Shown: positions 20,274-30,423, counted from the first letter of the stretch. The stretch is DNA of 64,000 nt from an uncultured Pelagibacteraceae bacterium (GCA_902525575.1 CABZHU010000001.1:117109-181108); one strand, 5' to 3'. Numbers and translations are program-made. The notes: generated by a model from the sequence alone, not told the origin.

Positions 20274-22223
20274 ATGAGTAAAGTAAATTGGTTAATCTTA
20301 ATCGCAGTAACTTTAACTATAGTTTTAGTTGGAGGCTATGTTTACTTAAAACCATTTTTTAAACCACTGGTGGTAATGACAGACCAGCCATTGATGACAA
20401 AAGAGGATGTTGAAAAAGCTAGAGCATTGGCGGCTCAACAAAATGAAGATGCTTTTTTACAATGGGAGTTCCAAAAAGAGAAATATAAGAAAAAGAATGA
20501 GTTAAAAAATGTTTACTTTGGAGATTTGCATGTTCACTCCAGCCTCTCCTTTGATGCTTATATATTCAATACTCGGCTTGACGTTGATGAGTCTTATGAG
20601 TTTGCGAAAGGCATGCCATTTAAGAATATGTATGGTGAAACAATGCAAATATCAAGACCGCTGGATTTTGCAGCAGTAACTGATCACGCAGAGACTTTTG
20701 GAATACATGAGAGTTGTAGTGATCCTGATATTACAGAAGAGTCAATTTATACGTGTCAGCGATTAGAGACTCCTAGTTTTAAATTTTTTGCCGAATTAAG
20801 GGAAACAGCAGTAAAAAGACCACCGGTAAGTTTTTTGTCTGAGGCAATCAATGACAAAGAAAAAGAAGAAAAATTTATAAGGTCCACTTGGAACAAAATT
20901 ATTAATGCAGCTGAAAGACATAACGATCCAGGAAAATTTACAACATTTATTGCATATGAATATTCTCCAGTTTTACCTGACGGGGGCTACAATCATCGAA
21001 ACGTTATTTTCAAAAATAATACGGTGCCTGATAGAGTATTTTCACTTTTTGATGCTCATACAGCAATAGATTTATGGGAAAAATTATTAGCAGCATGTAA
21101 TTATCCCTGTGAATTCATGACCATACCACATAATAGTAATCGATCTTGGGGTGTCACTTTTGCTGATAAGACCATTGATGGAGCTGAATATACAGAAGCA
21201 GACTGGGCATTGAGAGATGAGGTTGAACCTCTAGTTGAAATGTTCCAAATTAAAGGGAACTCGGAGTGTAGTACCTTTTTTGGAAGCACGGATGAAGAAT
21301 GTAATATTGAACAAATTTATCCTAAATGCGAAAAAGAAGGAGATACTTTGTGTATTCAACCTACTTCAATGGTAAGAGATGCACTAAAACGAGGCATAGA
21401 ACTTGAGAGAGATTTAGGTTTTAATCCGTTAGATTTAGGTGTGATTGGAAGTTCTGATACTCATAACGCAAACCCTGGAGATACGGAAGAGTGGGATTTT
21501 AAGGGGGAAAGTAGTGTTGTAGGCCCAGCATTTGCTCGAACTGACGCGCATGCATTTATTCCTCGATTTGTAAATAATCCTGGAGGACTTGCCGCAATCT
21601 GGGCTAAAGAAAATAATCGAGATGAACTTTTTGAGGCCATGCAAAACAAAGAAGTATATGCGACAACGGGGACACGAATTGAACTGAGGTTTTTTGGAGG
21701 TTTTGAATACGATGAAAGTATTATGGCATTGTCTGATCCCTTAACGTACGCTTACAATGATGGCAATCCTATGGGAAGTACCATTAAGCATAATGAAGGT
21801 AAAAATCTCTCATTTTATATAACTGCAAAAAAAGATCCTATTGACGCTCCATTAGATAAAATACAAGTCGTTAAGGGTTGGATAGAAAACGGTGAAGCAA
21901 TGGAAGAAGTGATGGATGTTGTTTGCAGTGAAAATAGAAAAATAAATAAAAATTCATTGAGATGCGAAACATTAAAAATAGATGTTGATTTAACTACATG
22001 TGAGATTAATCAAGACAGGGGCGCAAACGAGCTTAAAGTTTTGTGGACAGATCCTAATTATATGCCAGAACAGAATGCCTTTTATTATGCTCGAGTATTG
22101 CAAAACCCAACGTGTAGGTGGACTACATATGATAATATTAGAGCAGGTCGAAAACCTCCGAAAGAGTATAGTGCGACAATGACAGAGATGGCATGGTCAT
22201 CTCCCATATGGATCCGCGATTAA
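20274..22223 (+). CDS. DUF3604-family protein (PHP-like metal-dependent fold) with an N-terminal membrane anchor
   Basis: YFGDLHVHSSLSFDAY near the N-terminus, a ~650 aa length and Cys-rich middle region as I recall for DUF3604, and an N-terminal transmembrane helix. Confidence 0.7.
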   Translation: MSKVNWLILIAVTLTIVLVGGYVYLKPFFKPLVVMTDQPLMTKEDVEKARALAAQQNEDAFLQWEFQKEKYKKKNELKNVYFGDLHVHSSLSFDAYIFNTRLDVDESYEFAKGMPFKNMYGETMQISRPLDFAAVTDHAETFGIHESCSDPDITEESIYTCQRLETPSFKFFAELRETAVKRPPVSFLSEAINDKEKEEKFIRSTWNKIINAAERHNDPGKFTTFIAYEYSPVLPDGGYNHRNVIFKNNTVPDRVFSLFDAHTAIDLWEKLLAACNYPCEFMTIPHNSNRSWGVTFADKTIDGAEYTEADWALRDEVEPLVEMFQIKGNSECSTFFGSTDEECNIEQIYPKCEKEGDTLCIQPTSMVRDALKRGIELERDLGFNPLDLGVIGSSDTHNANPGDTEEWDFKGESSVVGPAFARTDAHAFIPRFVNNPGGLAAIWAKENNRDELFEAMQNKEVYATTGTRIELRFFGGFEYDESIMALSDPLTYAYNDGNPMGSTIKHNEGKNLSFYITAKKDPIDAPLDKIQVVKGWIENGEAMEEVMDVVCSENRKINKNSLRCETLKIDVDLTTCEINQDRGANELKVLWTDPNYMPEQNAFYYARVLQNPTCRWTTYDNIRAGRKPPKEYSATMTEMAWSSPIWIRD

Positions 22224-22250
22224 ATAACTAAAAACCAAAGATTTAGTATT

Positions 22251-23012
22251 TTAGGTTTTAACACCATAGCCCTTGGATATCACTATGGCTACGCCAACTA
22301 TGCATGCAATTAAAAATCCCACGAGCGATACTACGCTTATAAAAATATTGATATCAGAAGCACCATAAAACGACCATCGCATTCCATTTATAAGGTATAC
22401 CACTGGATTAAAGTATGAAATTTTTTGCCAGAACTCTGGTAACATATCAATTGTATATAAACTACCACCTAAAAAAACTAATGGAGTAATAATTATTAGA
22501 GGAACAACTTGAAGTTGTTCAAAATTATTACTGAGCAACCCGATTAAAAATCCAAACAAACTAAATGTAAGACAAGTTAATATAAGTAGAAAAAGCATCA
22601 ATAAGGGATATTGAATTTCTAGTTCAACAAAAAAACTAGCAGTAAGTAAAATTATTATACCAACAATTAGAGACTTAGTTGCACTAGCTCCAACAAATCC
22701 AACAATGATTTCAAAAGATGATACCGGTGCGGCTAATACTTCATAAATTGACCCTGTAAACTTTGGGAAAAAGATTCCAAATGCTGAATTTGAAATACTT
22801 TGTGTCAAAAGAGTAAGCATAAGCAGGCCAGGTACTATAAATGATCCATAACTCACACCATCAAGCTCAGGTATCATCCCCCCTATAACAGAACCAAATA
22901 CAATAAAATATAAAGAAGTTGAAATAACAGGCGAGAGTATACTTTGACCTATTGTTCTTCGCATTCTGTCCATTTCATGTAAATATATTGCTCTTATAGC
23001 GTAAAAATTCAT
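22251..23012 (-). CDS. ABC-2 type transporter permease (YadH-like)
   Basis: 253 aa with six predicted hydrophobic segments, directly coupled to the upstream ATPase gene by a 1-nt overlap. Confidence 0.85.
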   Translation of the reverse strand: MNFYAIRAIYLHEMDRMRRTIGQSILSPVISTSLYFIVFGSVIGGMIPELDGVSYGSFIVPGLLMLTLLTQSISNSAFGIFFPKFTGSIYEVLAAPVSSFEIIVGFVGASATKSLIVGIIILLTASFFVELEIQYPLLMLFLLILTCLTFSLFGFLIGLLSNNFEQLQVVPLIIITPLVFLGGSLYTIDMLPEFWQKISYFNPVVYLINGMRWSFYGASDINIFISVVSLVGFLIACIVGVAIVISKGYGVKT

Positions 23013-23935
23013 TAATTTTCCCTTACCAACTCGACAAAAATATTTTCTAAGGAGCTTTGTTCAGTGTTTAAGTCTTTCAACTTTAATCCAGTCTCTTTCA
23101 TGTCTTGTAACAGTGATGTGATTCCTGTTTGTTTACTTGACGAGTCATAATTGTAGCTGATTGACAATCCATTATTTAAAACTGTTAGATCATATCTTTC
23201 TAATTTAGAGGGAAGAGTAAGAATAGCCTCGTGTAATTCAATAAGAAGTGTTTTCTGACCCATACTCTTTACAAGGTCAGATGTGTTATCAACTACCAGG
23301 AGTTCTCCCTTATTAATAACAGCAACTCGGTCAGCGATTGCCTCCGCTTCTTCAATGTAATGGGTTGTGAGAATAATTGTGACACCGCTATTCCTAAGGT
23401 CTTTGATTACTTGCCACATTTCTTGTCTTAATTCAACATCTACACCAGCGCTGGGCTCATCAAGAAATAATACGGAAGGTTCATGTGAAAGAGCTTTTGC
23501 AATTAATACTCTTCTTTTCATGCCACCAGATAATTCATTAATTCTAGAGTCCCTCTTATCCCACAAGCTTAAATCTTTTAAAATTTTTTCAATTAAAGAT
23601 GGATTTGGAGCCTTTCCATATAAACCGCGTGTATAAGAAACATTGTTAAATACATACTCAAATTGTTCCAATGATAATTCTTGCGGAACTAAACCAATAA
23701 GTGACCTGGTACGTCTATAGTCTTTTATAATATCAAAATTATCGACTGTTACTGAGCCAGATGTTGGAATAACAATTCCACATATAATGCTAATCATTGT
23801 TGTTTTTCCAGCGCCATTTGGACCCAACAAAGCAATTATTTCATCTTTCTTTATATCTAGGGTGATATTTTTGAGTGCCTGAAAATCATTATCATAAATT
23901 TTTGATAATTTTTTTATTGAGACGATATTTTGCAT
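23012..23935 (-). CDS. ABC transporter ATP-binding protein (YadG-like)
   Basis: Walker A GPNGAGKTT, signature LSGGMKRR, Walker B LFLDEP. Confidence 0.9.
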   Translation of the reverse strand: MQNIVSIKKLSKIYDNDFQALKNITLDIKKDEIIALLGPNGAGKTTMISIICGIVIPTSGSVTVDNFDIIKDYRRTRSLIGLVPQELSLEQFEYVFNNVSYTRGLYGKAPNPSLIEKILKDLSLWDKRDSRINELSGGMKRRVLIAKALSHEPSVLFLDEPSAGVDVELRQEMWQVIKDLRNSGVTIILTTHYIEEAEAIADRVAVINKGELLVVDNTSDLVKSMGQKTLLIELHEAILTLPSKLERYDLTVLNNGLSISYNYDSSSKQTGITSLLQDMKETGLKLKDLNTEQSSLENIFVELVREN

Positions 23936-23995
23936 CGCTACTTTATATCACTAAAAATAAAGAAGTCTTTTATTCTTTTAAATATATTATCTGTA

Positions 23996-24619
23996 CTAAA
24001 TTGGGTGAAAGATACTTGATGCAAAATCAAGTGCATGAATTTTACCCGATCCAATGTCTATCCACGAACCATAAATATTGATTTCATTACTATCTAATTT
24101 TTCCCGAACAAATGGATAGCTTTTTAGATTTTCAATAGATGTTTTGATACTTACCTTTTCCAAATTTTTTATCGATTCATCCTCGTTCATGTTAGCGATT
24201 TTGTTAAACGAGGGCTTAAGAAGACTCAACCAGTTTGAAATTGATGAGTTGGCATTGAAGGAATTTGCTTTGCACATGTTATAGCCATTTTTAATGCCAC
24301 CACATTTTGAATGACCCATGACAACTATATTTTCAATCTTTAAGACAGATACACCAAACTCAATAGCTGCAATTGTTCCGCTATGTTCCGTTATATAATC
24401 ATAGGGCGGCACTATATTTGCAATATTTCTATGAACTAAAAATTCACCTGGCTGTGATTTGAATATTGAATTTGGATCAACTCTTGAGTCAACGCAGGAA
24501 ATAATAATATACGTTGGAGATTGTCCTTCTCTTGCAAGTCTTTCAAAATGAGCTTTCTTTTTTACAAAGACATCATTTTGCCAATTTTTATACTTTTCTG
24601 TCAGATCATTTGGAAACAT
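23996..24619 (-). CDS. Beta-class carbonic anhydrase
   Basis: The Zn ligands sit in CVDSRV and HSKCGG. I prefer the ATG at 24619 (207 aa). The track start at 24703 would leave only 26 nt to the divergent Rieske gene. Confidence 0.85.
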   Translation of the reverse strand: MFPNDLTEKYKNWQNDVFVKKKAHFERLAREGQSPTYIIISCVDSRVDPNSIFKSQPGEFLVHRNIANIVPPYDYITEHSGTIAAIEFGVSVLKIENIVVMGHSKCGGIKNGYNMCKANSFNANSSISNWLSLLKPSFNKIANMNEDESIKNLEKVSIKTSIENLKSYPFVREKLDSNEINIYGSWIDIGSGKIHALDFASSIFHPI

Positions 24620-24729
24620 GTTTTCAATTATTTTTTTGTTAAGATAGAATATAACTTGACTATGTAATGCATTATTTTTCTTATAATATCTAGCAATAGA
24701 CAATATAAGGGTATAAAATTTTTACAAGC

Positions 24730-25872
24730 ATGAGTGAAGGATTTATTTTAAAAAAGACAGAAAAATCTTTGCCATTAAATTGGTATTTCAATCAAAATCA
24801 ATTTGATAAAGAAATAAAGAAAGTTTTAGCTAAAGAGTGGATATACATTTGCCATGAAGATTCTATATCACAACCTTTGTCGTTTCATACTGTTGAAATT
24901 AGTAAGTTCAACATTCTCCTTATTCGGAATAAAGAGGGAAGCATATGCGCATATTATAATTCTTGCAGCCATAGAGGTTCAATCTTAAAAAAGGAGAGAA
25001 ATGGAAGGTTGAAGTCCAATTTATTGGTTTGCCCTTATCACCAATGGTCTTATAATGCGAGTGATGGAAGTCTGGTAAAAACTTCTTCAATTATTGATCC
25101 AAAAAATTTTAAAAAAGATAAAAATTGTTTAATTCATGTAAATATTAAAGTCTGGAATGGATTAATCTTTATCAATTTAAATAACAAAGCAAAATGGAAC
25201 TCCAAAAAAGTCTTTCCGGATTATAGTGAAGCATTTTCCCAATTAAACGTTAGCGATTATCAAATAGGTCATACTTGGAAGAAAAGAATAAAATGCAATT
25301 GGAAAATTTTTTGGGAAAATTACAGCGAATGTCTTCATTGCCCAAACCTTCATCCAGAACTATCCGACCTAGTTCCTATTTACGGTCGCAGACTTGTTGA
25401 TATAAAAGATGACCCTAACTGGAAAAGATTTATCAATGATGATGATCCAAAGTACAAAGGTGGCATGAAAAAAGGCACGGAAACGTGGTCGACGAACGGT
25501 AGTGCACAAGGGCATCGAGTGGAGTATTTAGAAAAGCAGACAGACTTCCCCGGATATATTTACATGACAAGCTGGCCTTCTATGTTTCTAGCAATCTTTA
25601 CTGACCATATTAGAATGGTTCGAATTCTTCCCTTGTCGAATGAACTCACAGAGGTAACAGCTGAGTGGGTTTTTCGAAAAGAGACACTAAAAGATAAAAA
25701 ATATTCAATTAAAAATGTTGTTGATTTTGCTGTACTTGTAATGAAACAGGATGCAGAAGCTTGTGAACTTAACCAAAAAGGCATACATAACCCCGTACGT
25801 AAAAATGGCACTTTAATGCCTGAAGAGTATGAAATAAAAAGGTTTCATAATTGGCTTAGAAAGAAATTATAA
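24730..25872 (+). CDS. Rieske [2Fe-2S] non-haem iron oxygenase, alpha-subunit type
   Basis: Rieske motif CSHRGS...CPYHQWSY, and a mononuclear-iron region WENYSECLHCPNLHPEL. Confidence 0.85.
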   Translation: MSEGFILKKTEKSLPLNWYFNQNQFDKEIKKVLAKEWIYICHEDSISQPLSFHTVEISKFNILLIRNKEGSICAYYNSCSHRGSILKKERNGRLKSNLLVCPYHQWSYNASDGSLVKTSSIIDPKNFKKDKNCLIHVNIKVWNGLIFINLNNKAKWNSKKVFPDYSEAFSQLNVSDYQIGHTWKKRIKCNWKIFWENYSECLHCPNLHPELSDLVPIYGRRLVDIKDDPNWKRFINDDDPKYKGGMKKGTETWSTNGSAQGHRVEYLEKQTDFPGYIYMTSWPSMFLAIFTDHIRMVRILPLSNELTEVTAEWVFRKETLKDKKYSIKNVVDFAVLVMKQDAEACELNQKGIHNPVRKNGTLMPEEYEIKRFHNWLRKKL

Positions 25873-25882
25873 ATATTAAGAC

Positions 25883-27043
25883 ATGAATGTAGTTACAGAA
25901 AATTACGAAAAAGAAATGATTGCTTGGAGACATGACTTTCATGCTCATCCAGAACTAAATTTTGATTTAGATATTACATCAATGAAAGTTGCTGAAATTT
26001 TAAAAAGTTTTGGATTAGAAGTTTTTGAGGGTATTGGCAAAAAAGGTATTGTTGCAGTTCTTAAAAATGGCAAAAGCAATAGGAGTATAGGCATACGTGC
26101 TGATATGGACGCCTTACCAGTAAAAGAAGAGAGTGACTGCGCACATAAATCTATTCATGAGGGGAAAATGCATGCCTGTGGTCACGATGGTCATACGGCA
26201 ATGGCTCTCGGTGCTGCCAAATATCTTTCTGAAACAAAAAATTTTAATGGCACAGTTTATTTTATTTTCCAACCTGATGAAGAAAAAACGCAAGGTGCAC
26301 AAGCAATGATTGATGACGGTTTGTTTGAAAAATTCTCGATAGACGAAGTTTATGCTTTTCATAATTTGCCAGGAATGGAAGTTGGCTCTTTTGCTACACG
26401 TTCAGGCACAATAACAGCTAGTGAAAGTCTCTTTAATATTAAGCTTTGGGGTCAAGGTGGACATTCTGCAATGCCGCACATGGGAGTTGATACTATAACA
26501 GTAGGAACACAAATTATAACTTCACTACAATCAATAGTTTCAAGAAAATTAAATCCCGCAATGAATGGGGTTGTATCTGTTACTAAATTTGAGTCTGATG
26601 GAAATGAAAATATTTTACCTGGTCATTCTATAATTTCCGGAGATGCTCGAGCACTTTCGCCTGAGGCCAATAAAATTATTGAAGATAGTATGCAAAATAT
26701 TGTTGAAGGCATTGCAAATGCTCACGGTATAAAATACGAATTTACATACGATACTCGAACTAACATGACAATTAATACAACCGCACAAGCAGCTTTTGTG
26801 TCTAAGGTCGCTGAAGATCTTGTTGGAATTGATAATGTTGATGGAAATTGTGATCCAAAATTATTTTCTGAGGATTTTGCTCAAATGTTGATGGTTAAAC
26901 CAGGTTGTTACATACTTATTGGCAATGGAACAGAGGGAACACACGGCCAGTCGTTACATTCTTCTACATACGACTTTAATGACAAACTTCTTGTGATCGG
27001 GTCCTCTTTCTGGACCAAACTTGTATGCGAACGACTATCCTAA
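25883..27043 (+). CDS. M20D-family amidohydrolase (hippurate hydrolase / N-acyl-amino acid amidohydrolase-like)
   Basis: MHACGHDGH motif, 386 aa, M20 architecture. Confidence 0.88.
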   Translation: MNVVTENYEKEMIAWRHDFHAHPELNFDLDITSMKVAEILKSFGLEVFEGIGKKGIVAVLKNGKSNRSIGIRADMDALPVKEESDCAHKSIHEGKMHACGHDGHTAMALGAAKYLSETKNFNGTVYFIFQPDEEKTQGAQAMIDDGLFEKFSIDEVYAFHNLPGMEVGSFATRSGTITASESLFNIKLWGQGGHSAMPHMGVDTITVGTQIITSLQSIVSRKLNPAMNGVVSVTKFESDGNENILPGHSIISGDARALSPEANKIIEDSMQNIVEGIANAHGIKYEFTYDTRTNMTINTTAQAAFVSKVAEDLVGIDNVDGNCDPKLFSEDFAQMLMVKPGCYILIGNGTEGTHGQSLHSSTYDFNDKLLVIGSSFWTKLVCERLS

Positions 27044-27047
27044 ATTT

Positions 27048-28217
27048 ATGAATTTTCCGAAAAGCGAATATATAGACAGACTTGCTAAAGTTAAGAAGTC
27101 GATGCAAAAAAAAAAGATAGATTTGTTAATATCGCAAGATACCGCAAATATGAATTATCTCACAGGATATGATGCATGGTCATTTTACTATGCACAATGT
27201 GTTTTAGTTCATGTTGATTTAGACGAGCCATTTTTATTTGTGAGAGATCAAGACGCTGGAGGTGCATTTTTACAGAGTTGTTGGCCTCAAGAAAATATTA
27301 TTGTATATGCAGAAAAATATATCCATACATGGCCCAATCATCCTTATGATTATCTTATCGAGATCATTAAAAATAAAAAATGGGACAATCAATCAATTGG
27401 TCTTGAAATGGATAGTCATTATTTTACAGCTTATTGCTATCAGAAACTTATTGATGGATTGCCTGATGCATCACTTAAAGACTCTGAAAGGCTTGTGAAT
27501 TGGGTGAGATTTATAAAATCAGATAATGAAATTGAACTAATGAAAAAAGCTGCATTGATTACCGATCAAGCTATGCAAACTGCAATTGACATAATAAATC
27601 CAGGAATTAGGCAATGTGATGCAGTAGGAGAAATTCAAAAAGCAATGTTTTATGGTACACCTGAAATTGGTGGTGAGTACTCAAGTATCACCACCTTACT
27701 ACCTACTGGCGCAGGGACATCTGCGTCTCATTTAACAGCAACACAAGAGAAGTTTGTTAAGGGCGAAGCTACAATTGTTGAACTAGCTGGTGTTCATATG
27801 AGATATCACGCTCCACTAGCGAGAACAGTGTTGCTTGGTAAGGCAGAGCAAAAAAAAATTGATGCTATTAAGGCTACCAATGAAGCCTTAGATGAAGGCA
27901 TTTCAGCCATTAAACCTGGAAATACAGCTGATGATGTGGCACAAAAATTTTGGGCTATTCTAGATAAGCATGACATTAAAAAAGAGTCACGAACAGGATA
28001 TTCAATTGGCATAGGTTACCCTCCGGATTGGGGCGAGCATACAATAAATATTTCTAAAGGAGACCAAACTATTCTTCATCCAAATGTTACATTTCACATG
28101 ATTGCAGTTATGCAATTTGGTAGCTGGGGTGTTGAGGCGAGTCATTCATTGAGAGTTACAGAAAATGGATCAGAAAAGTTTTCTGATTTTTCAAGCGATC
28201 TGTTCATTAAAGACTAG
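27048..28217 (+). CDS. M24-family hydrolase with a creatinase/prolidase-type N-domain (creatinase / ectoine-hydrolase-like)
   Basis: ~390 aa, with NYLTGYDAWSFY in the N-domain and a C-terminal pita-bread-like region. I prefer the ATG at 27048, 4 nt after the M20 stop, over the overlapping TTG at 27021. Confidence 0.85.
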   Translation: MNFPKSEYIDRLAKVKKSMQKKKIDLLISQDTANMNYLTGYDAWSFYYAQCVLVHVDLDEPFLFVRDQDAGGAFLQSCWPQENIIVYAEKYIHTWPNHPYDYLIEIIKNKKWDNQSIGLEMDSHYFTAYCYQKLIDGLPDASLKDSERLVNWVRFIKSDNEIELMKKAALITDQAMQTAIDIINPGIRQCDAVGEIQKAMFYGTPEIGGEYSSITTLLPTGAGTSASHLTATQEKFVKGEATIVELAGVHMRYHAPLARTVLLGKAEQKKIDAIKATNEALDEGISAIKPGNTADDVAQKFWAILDKHDIKKESRTGYSIGIGYPPDWGEHTINISKGDQTILHPNVTFHMIAVMQFGSWGVEASHSLRVTENGSEKFSDFSSDLFIKD

Positions 28218-28316
28218 CCATAAGCTTAGAAAATAATCCTTCTATAGCATTCCTTGTTTTTACTAGAGAATCCTATAAAAAAATTGTATAAAGTAGCGCA
28301 ATTCACGGAGATAATT

Positions 28317-28505
28317 ATGGGCATTCATCACGATTACAAGTCTAAACGCGGAGAGCGTGCGATGGCAAAACAGCAGAAAAGAGAGTCCAAACAAGCTGAT
28401 AATACAGATAAAAAAGAAGAAGAAAAACTTGTAAAAGAGCTTAAAAAAGCAGGGTTGAATAAAGATGAAATCAAACAGTTCCTCGAAGGAAGAGCAAAAG
28501 AATAA
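28317..28505 (+). CDS. Small Lys/Glu-rich hypothetical protein (62 aa)
   Basis: The ATG at 28317 is preceded by GGAG. The product is MGIHHDYKSKRGERAMAKQQKRE.... The track's longer version starts at an unsupported upstream codon. Confidence 0.4.
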   Translation: MGIHHDYKSKRGERAMAKQQKRESKQADNTDKKEEEKLVKELKKAGLNKDEIKQFLEGRAKE

Positions 28506-28596
28506 AAAGCTAAATGATACTGAAAGACTATCTGAAGCTTTGAGACAGAATTTAAGAAAAAGAAAAGAATATCAACGAAAGAAAGTAGGCAAATAA
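28465..28596 (+). CDS. Candidate 43-aa basic ORF, below the track's size cut-off, ending 1 nt before dcd
   Basis: Read by hand as [43 protein letters not shown]. It overlaps the previous small ORF out of frame. Confidence 0.3.
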   Translation: MKSNSSSKEEQKNKKLNDTERLSEALRQNLRKRKEYQRKKVGK

Positions 28597-28597
28597 G

Positions 28598-29152
28598 ATG
28601 ACCATCATGTCTGATAACTGGATTAAAAAAATGTCCTTAGAACAAGGCATGATTGAACCCTTTGTGGACGGACAAAAAAAAGATGGGACCATCTCCTTTG
28701 GATTGTCTTCTTATGGATATGACGCAAGAGTATCTGAAGATTTTAAAATATTTACAAACGTCGACTCAGCCTTAGTTGATCCTAAAAATTTTGATGACAA
28801 AGGCTTTGTTGATAGACCAGGCAAAGAATGCATCATACCACCCAATTCATTTGCACTGGCACGCACTGTAGAATATTTCAGAATCCCAAGAGATATATTA
28901 GTTGTATGTTTAGGAAAATCAACATATGCAAGATGTGGGATAATAGTCAATGTAACTCCTTTAGAACCTGAGTGGGAAGGTCATGTAACTTTAGAGTTTT
29001 CGAATACAACACCACTTCCGGCAAAAATTTATGCAAATGAAGGAGGCTGCCAGTTCCTATTCTATAAAGGTGAGGCTCCGCCTGAGATTTCTTACAAGGA
29101 TAGAAAAGGGAAATACATGAAACAAACCGGTGTTACTCTTCCCAAGCTATAA
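28598..29152 (+). CDS. dcd: dCTP deaminase
   Basis: 184 aa with SSYGYDARV and the [22 protein letters not shown] region typical of Dcd. Confidence 0.93.
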   Translation: MTIMSDNWIKKMSLEQGMIEPFVDGQKKDGTISFGLSSYGYDARVSEDFKIFTNVDSALVDPKNFDDKGFVDRPGKECIIPPNSFALARTVEYFRIPRDILVVCLGKSTYARCGIIVNVTPLEPEWEGHVTLEFSNTTPLPAKIYANEGGCQFLFYKGEAPPEISYKDRKGKYMKQTGVTLPKL

Positions 29153-29158
29153 AATTCA

Positions 29159-30418
29159 ATGCAGAAAATTGTTATAAATGGAGGACAACCTCTAAGGGGT
29201 GTGATTCCTGTCAGTGGATCAAAAAATGCTGCTCTACCAATTATGGCTGCTAGTATTTTAACAAATGAAAAATTAGAACTTTCAAATGTTCCAGATCTGG
29301 TTGATGTAAAAACTATGAGTATGGTTTTATCATCTCTTGGAGTGAATGTTACAAAAAGTATAAATAATAAAAACTCTATTGCACTTCAATATACAGATAC
29401 AGAGAAAACTATCGCAGAATATGATTTAGTGAGAAAGATGCGAGCAAGTATCTTAGTGCTTGGGCCATTACTTGCAAGAAAGCGTGAGGCCAGTGTATCA
29501 CTACCAGGAGGTTGTGCCATAGGTGCTCGGCCAATTGATATTCATATAGACGCACTTACAAAACTTGGTGCAACTTTTGAATTGGAAAAAGGATATATTC
29601 AATGTAGTGCACCAAAAGGACTGACTGGAAACAAGATCGAACTTCCTAAAGTATCCGTTGGCGCTACTGAAAATATCATGATGGCTGCCTCATTGGCTAA
29701 AGGAGAGACTAAAATTTCTAACATTGCTCTAGAACCTGAGGTAATTGATTTAATTAACTGTTTAAATACTATGGGAGCAAAAATTGAACTTGATGATTAC
29801 AGATCTGTCTTGGTCCAAGGGGTAACAACTTTGAATGGTTCAAATTATTCTATTATTCCTGATCGTATCGAGGCTATAACGTATATTATAGCTGGAGCAC
29901 TAGCTGGAGATGGACTTAAAATAGAAAATTTAAATATTGAACACATTAGTAATGTTCTAGAAACTCTAAAAACATTGCCAGTAGATATAATTTTTGATGA
30001 AAATACTGTAACAGTAAATAAATCTAATATTAGTGAAGGTATTGAAATTAAAACAAAGGAATATCCTGGCTTTCCCACAGACGTTCAAGCTCAAATGATG
30101 GTTTTAATGTCCACGGCTAAAACAAAGTCAGTTATTGACGAGAATATATTTGAAAATAGATTCATGCATGTACCTGAATTGAATAGAATGGGAGCAAATA
30201 TTGAAATTAATGGCAAAAGAGCAATTATCAATCCTTGCTCAGGATTTAGAGGAGCCCCGGTGATGGCAACAGATCTAAGAGCCTCTGTAAGTTTAATTTT
30301 AGCAGGATTAGCAGCTGAAGGCGAAACAACGCTAAATCGTATCTATCACTTGGATAGAGGGTATGAACAAATTGAGGTAAAATTAGAAGCATGCGGCGCA
30401 GAGATTAAGCGGGTGTAG
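29159..30418 (+). CDS. murA: UDP-N-acetylglucosamine 1-carboxyvinyltransferase
   Basis: SGSKNAALP, the active-site Cys in PGGCAIGARPID, 419 aa. Confidence 0.96.
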   Translation: MQKIVINGGQPLRGVIPVSGSKNAALPIMAASILTNEKLELSNVPDLVDVKTMSMVLSSLGVNVTKSINNKNSIALQYTDTEKTIAEYDLVRKMRASILVLGPLLARKREASVSLPGGCAIGARPIDIHIDALTKLGATFELEKGYIQCSAPKGLTGNKIELPKVSVGATENIMMAASLAKGETKISNIALEPEVIDLINCLNTMGAKIELDDYRSVLVQGVTTLNGSNYSIIPDRIEAITYIIAGALAGDGLKIENLNIEHISNVLETLKTLPVDIIFDENTVTVNKSNISEGIEIKTKEYPGFPTDVQAQMMVLMSTAKTKSVIDENIFENRFMHVPELNRMGANIEINGKRAIINPCSGFRGAPVMATDLRASVSLILAGLAAEGETTLNRIYHLDRGYEQIEVKLEACGAEIKRV

Positions 30419-30423
30419 AAATT

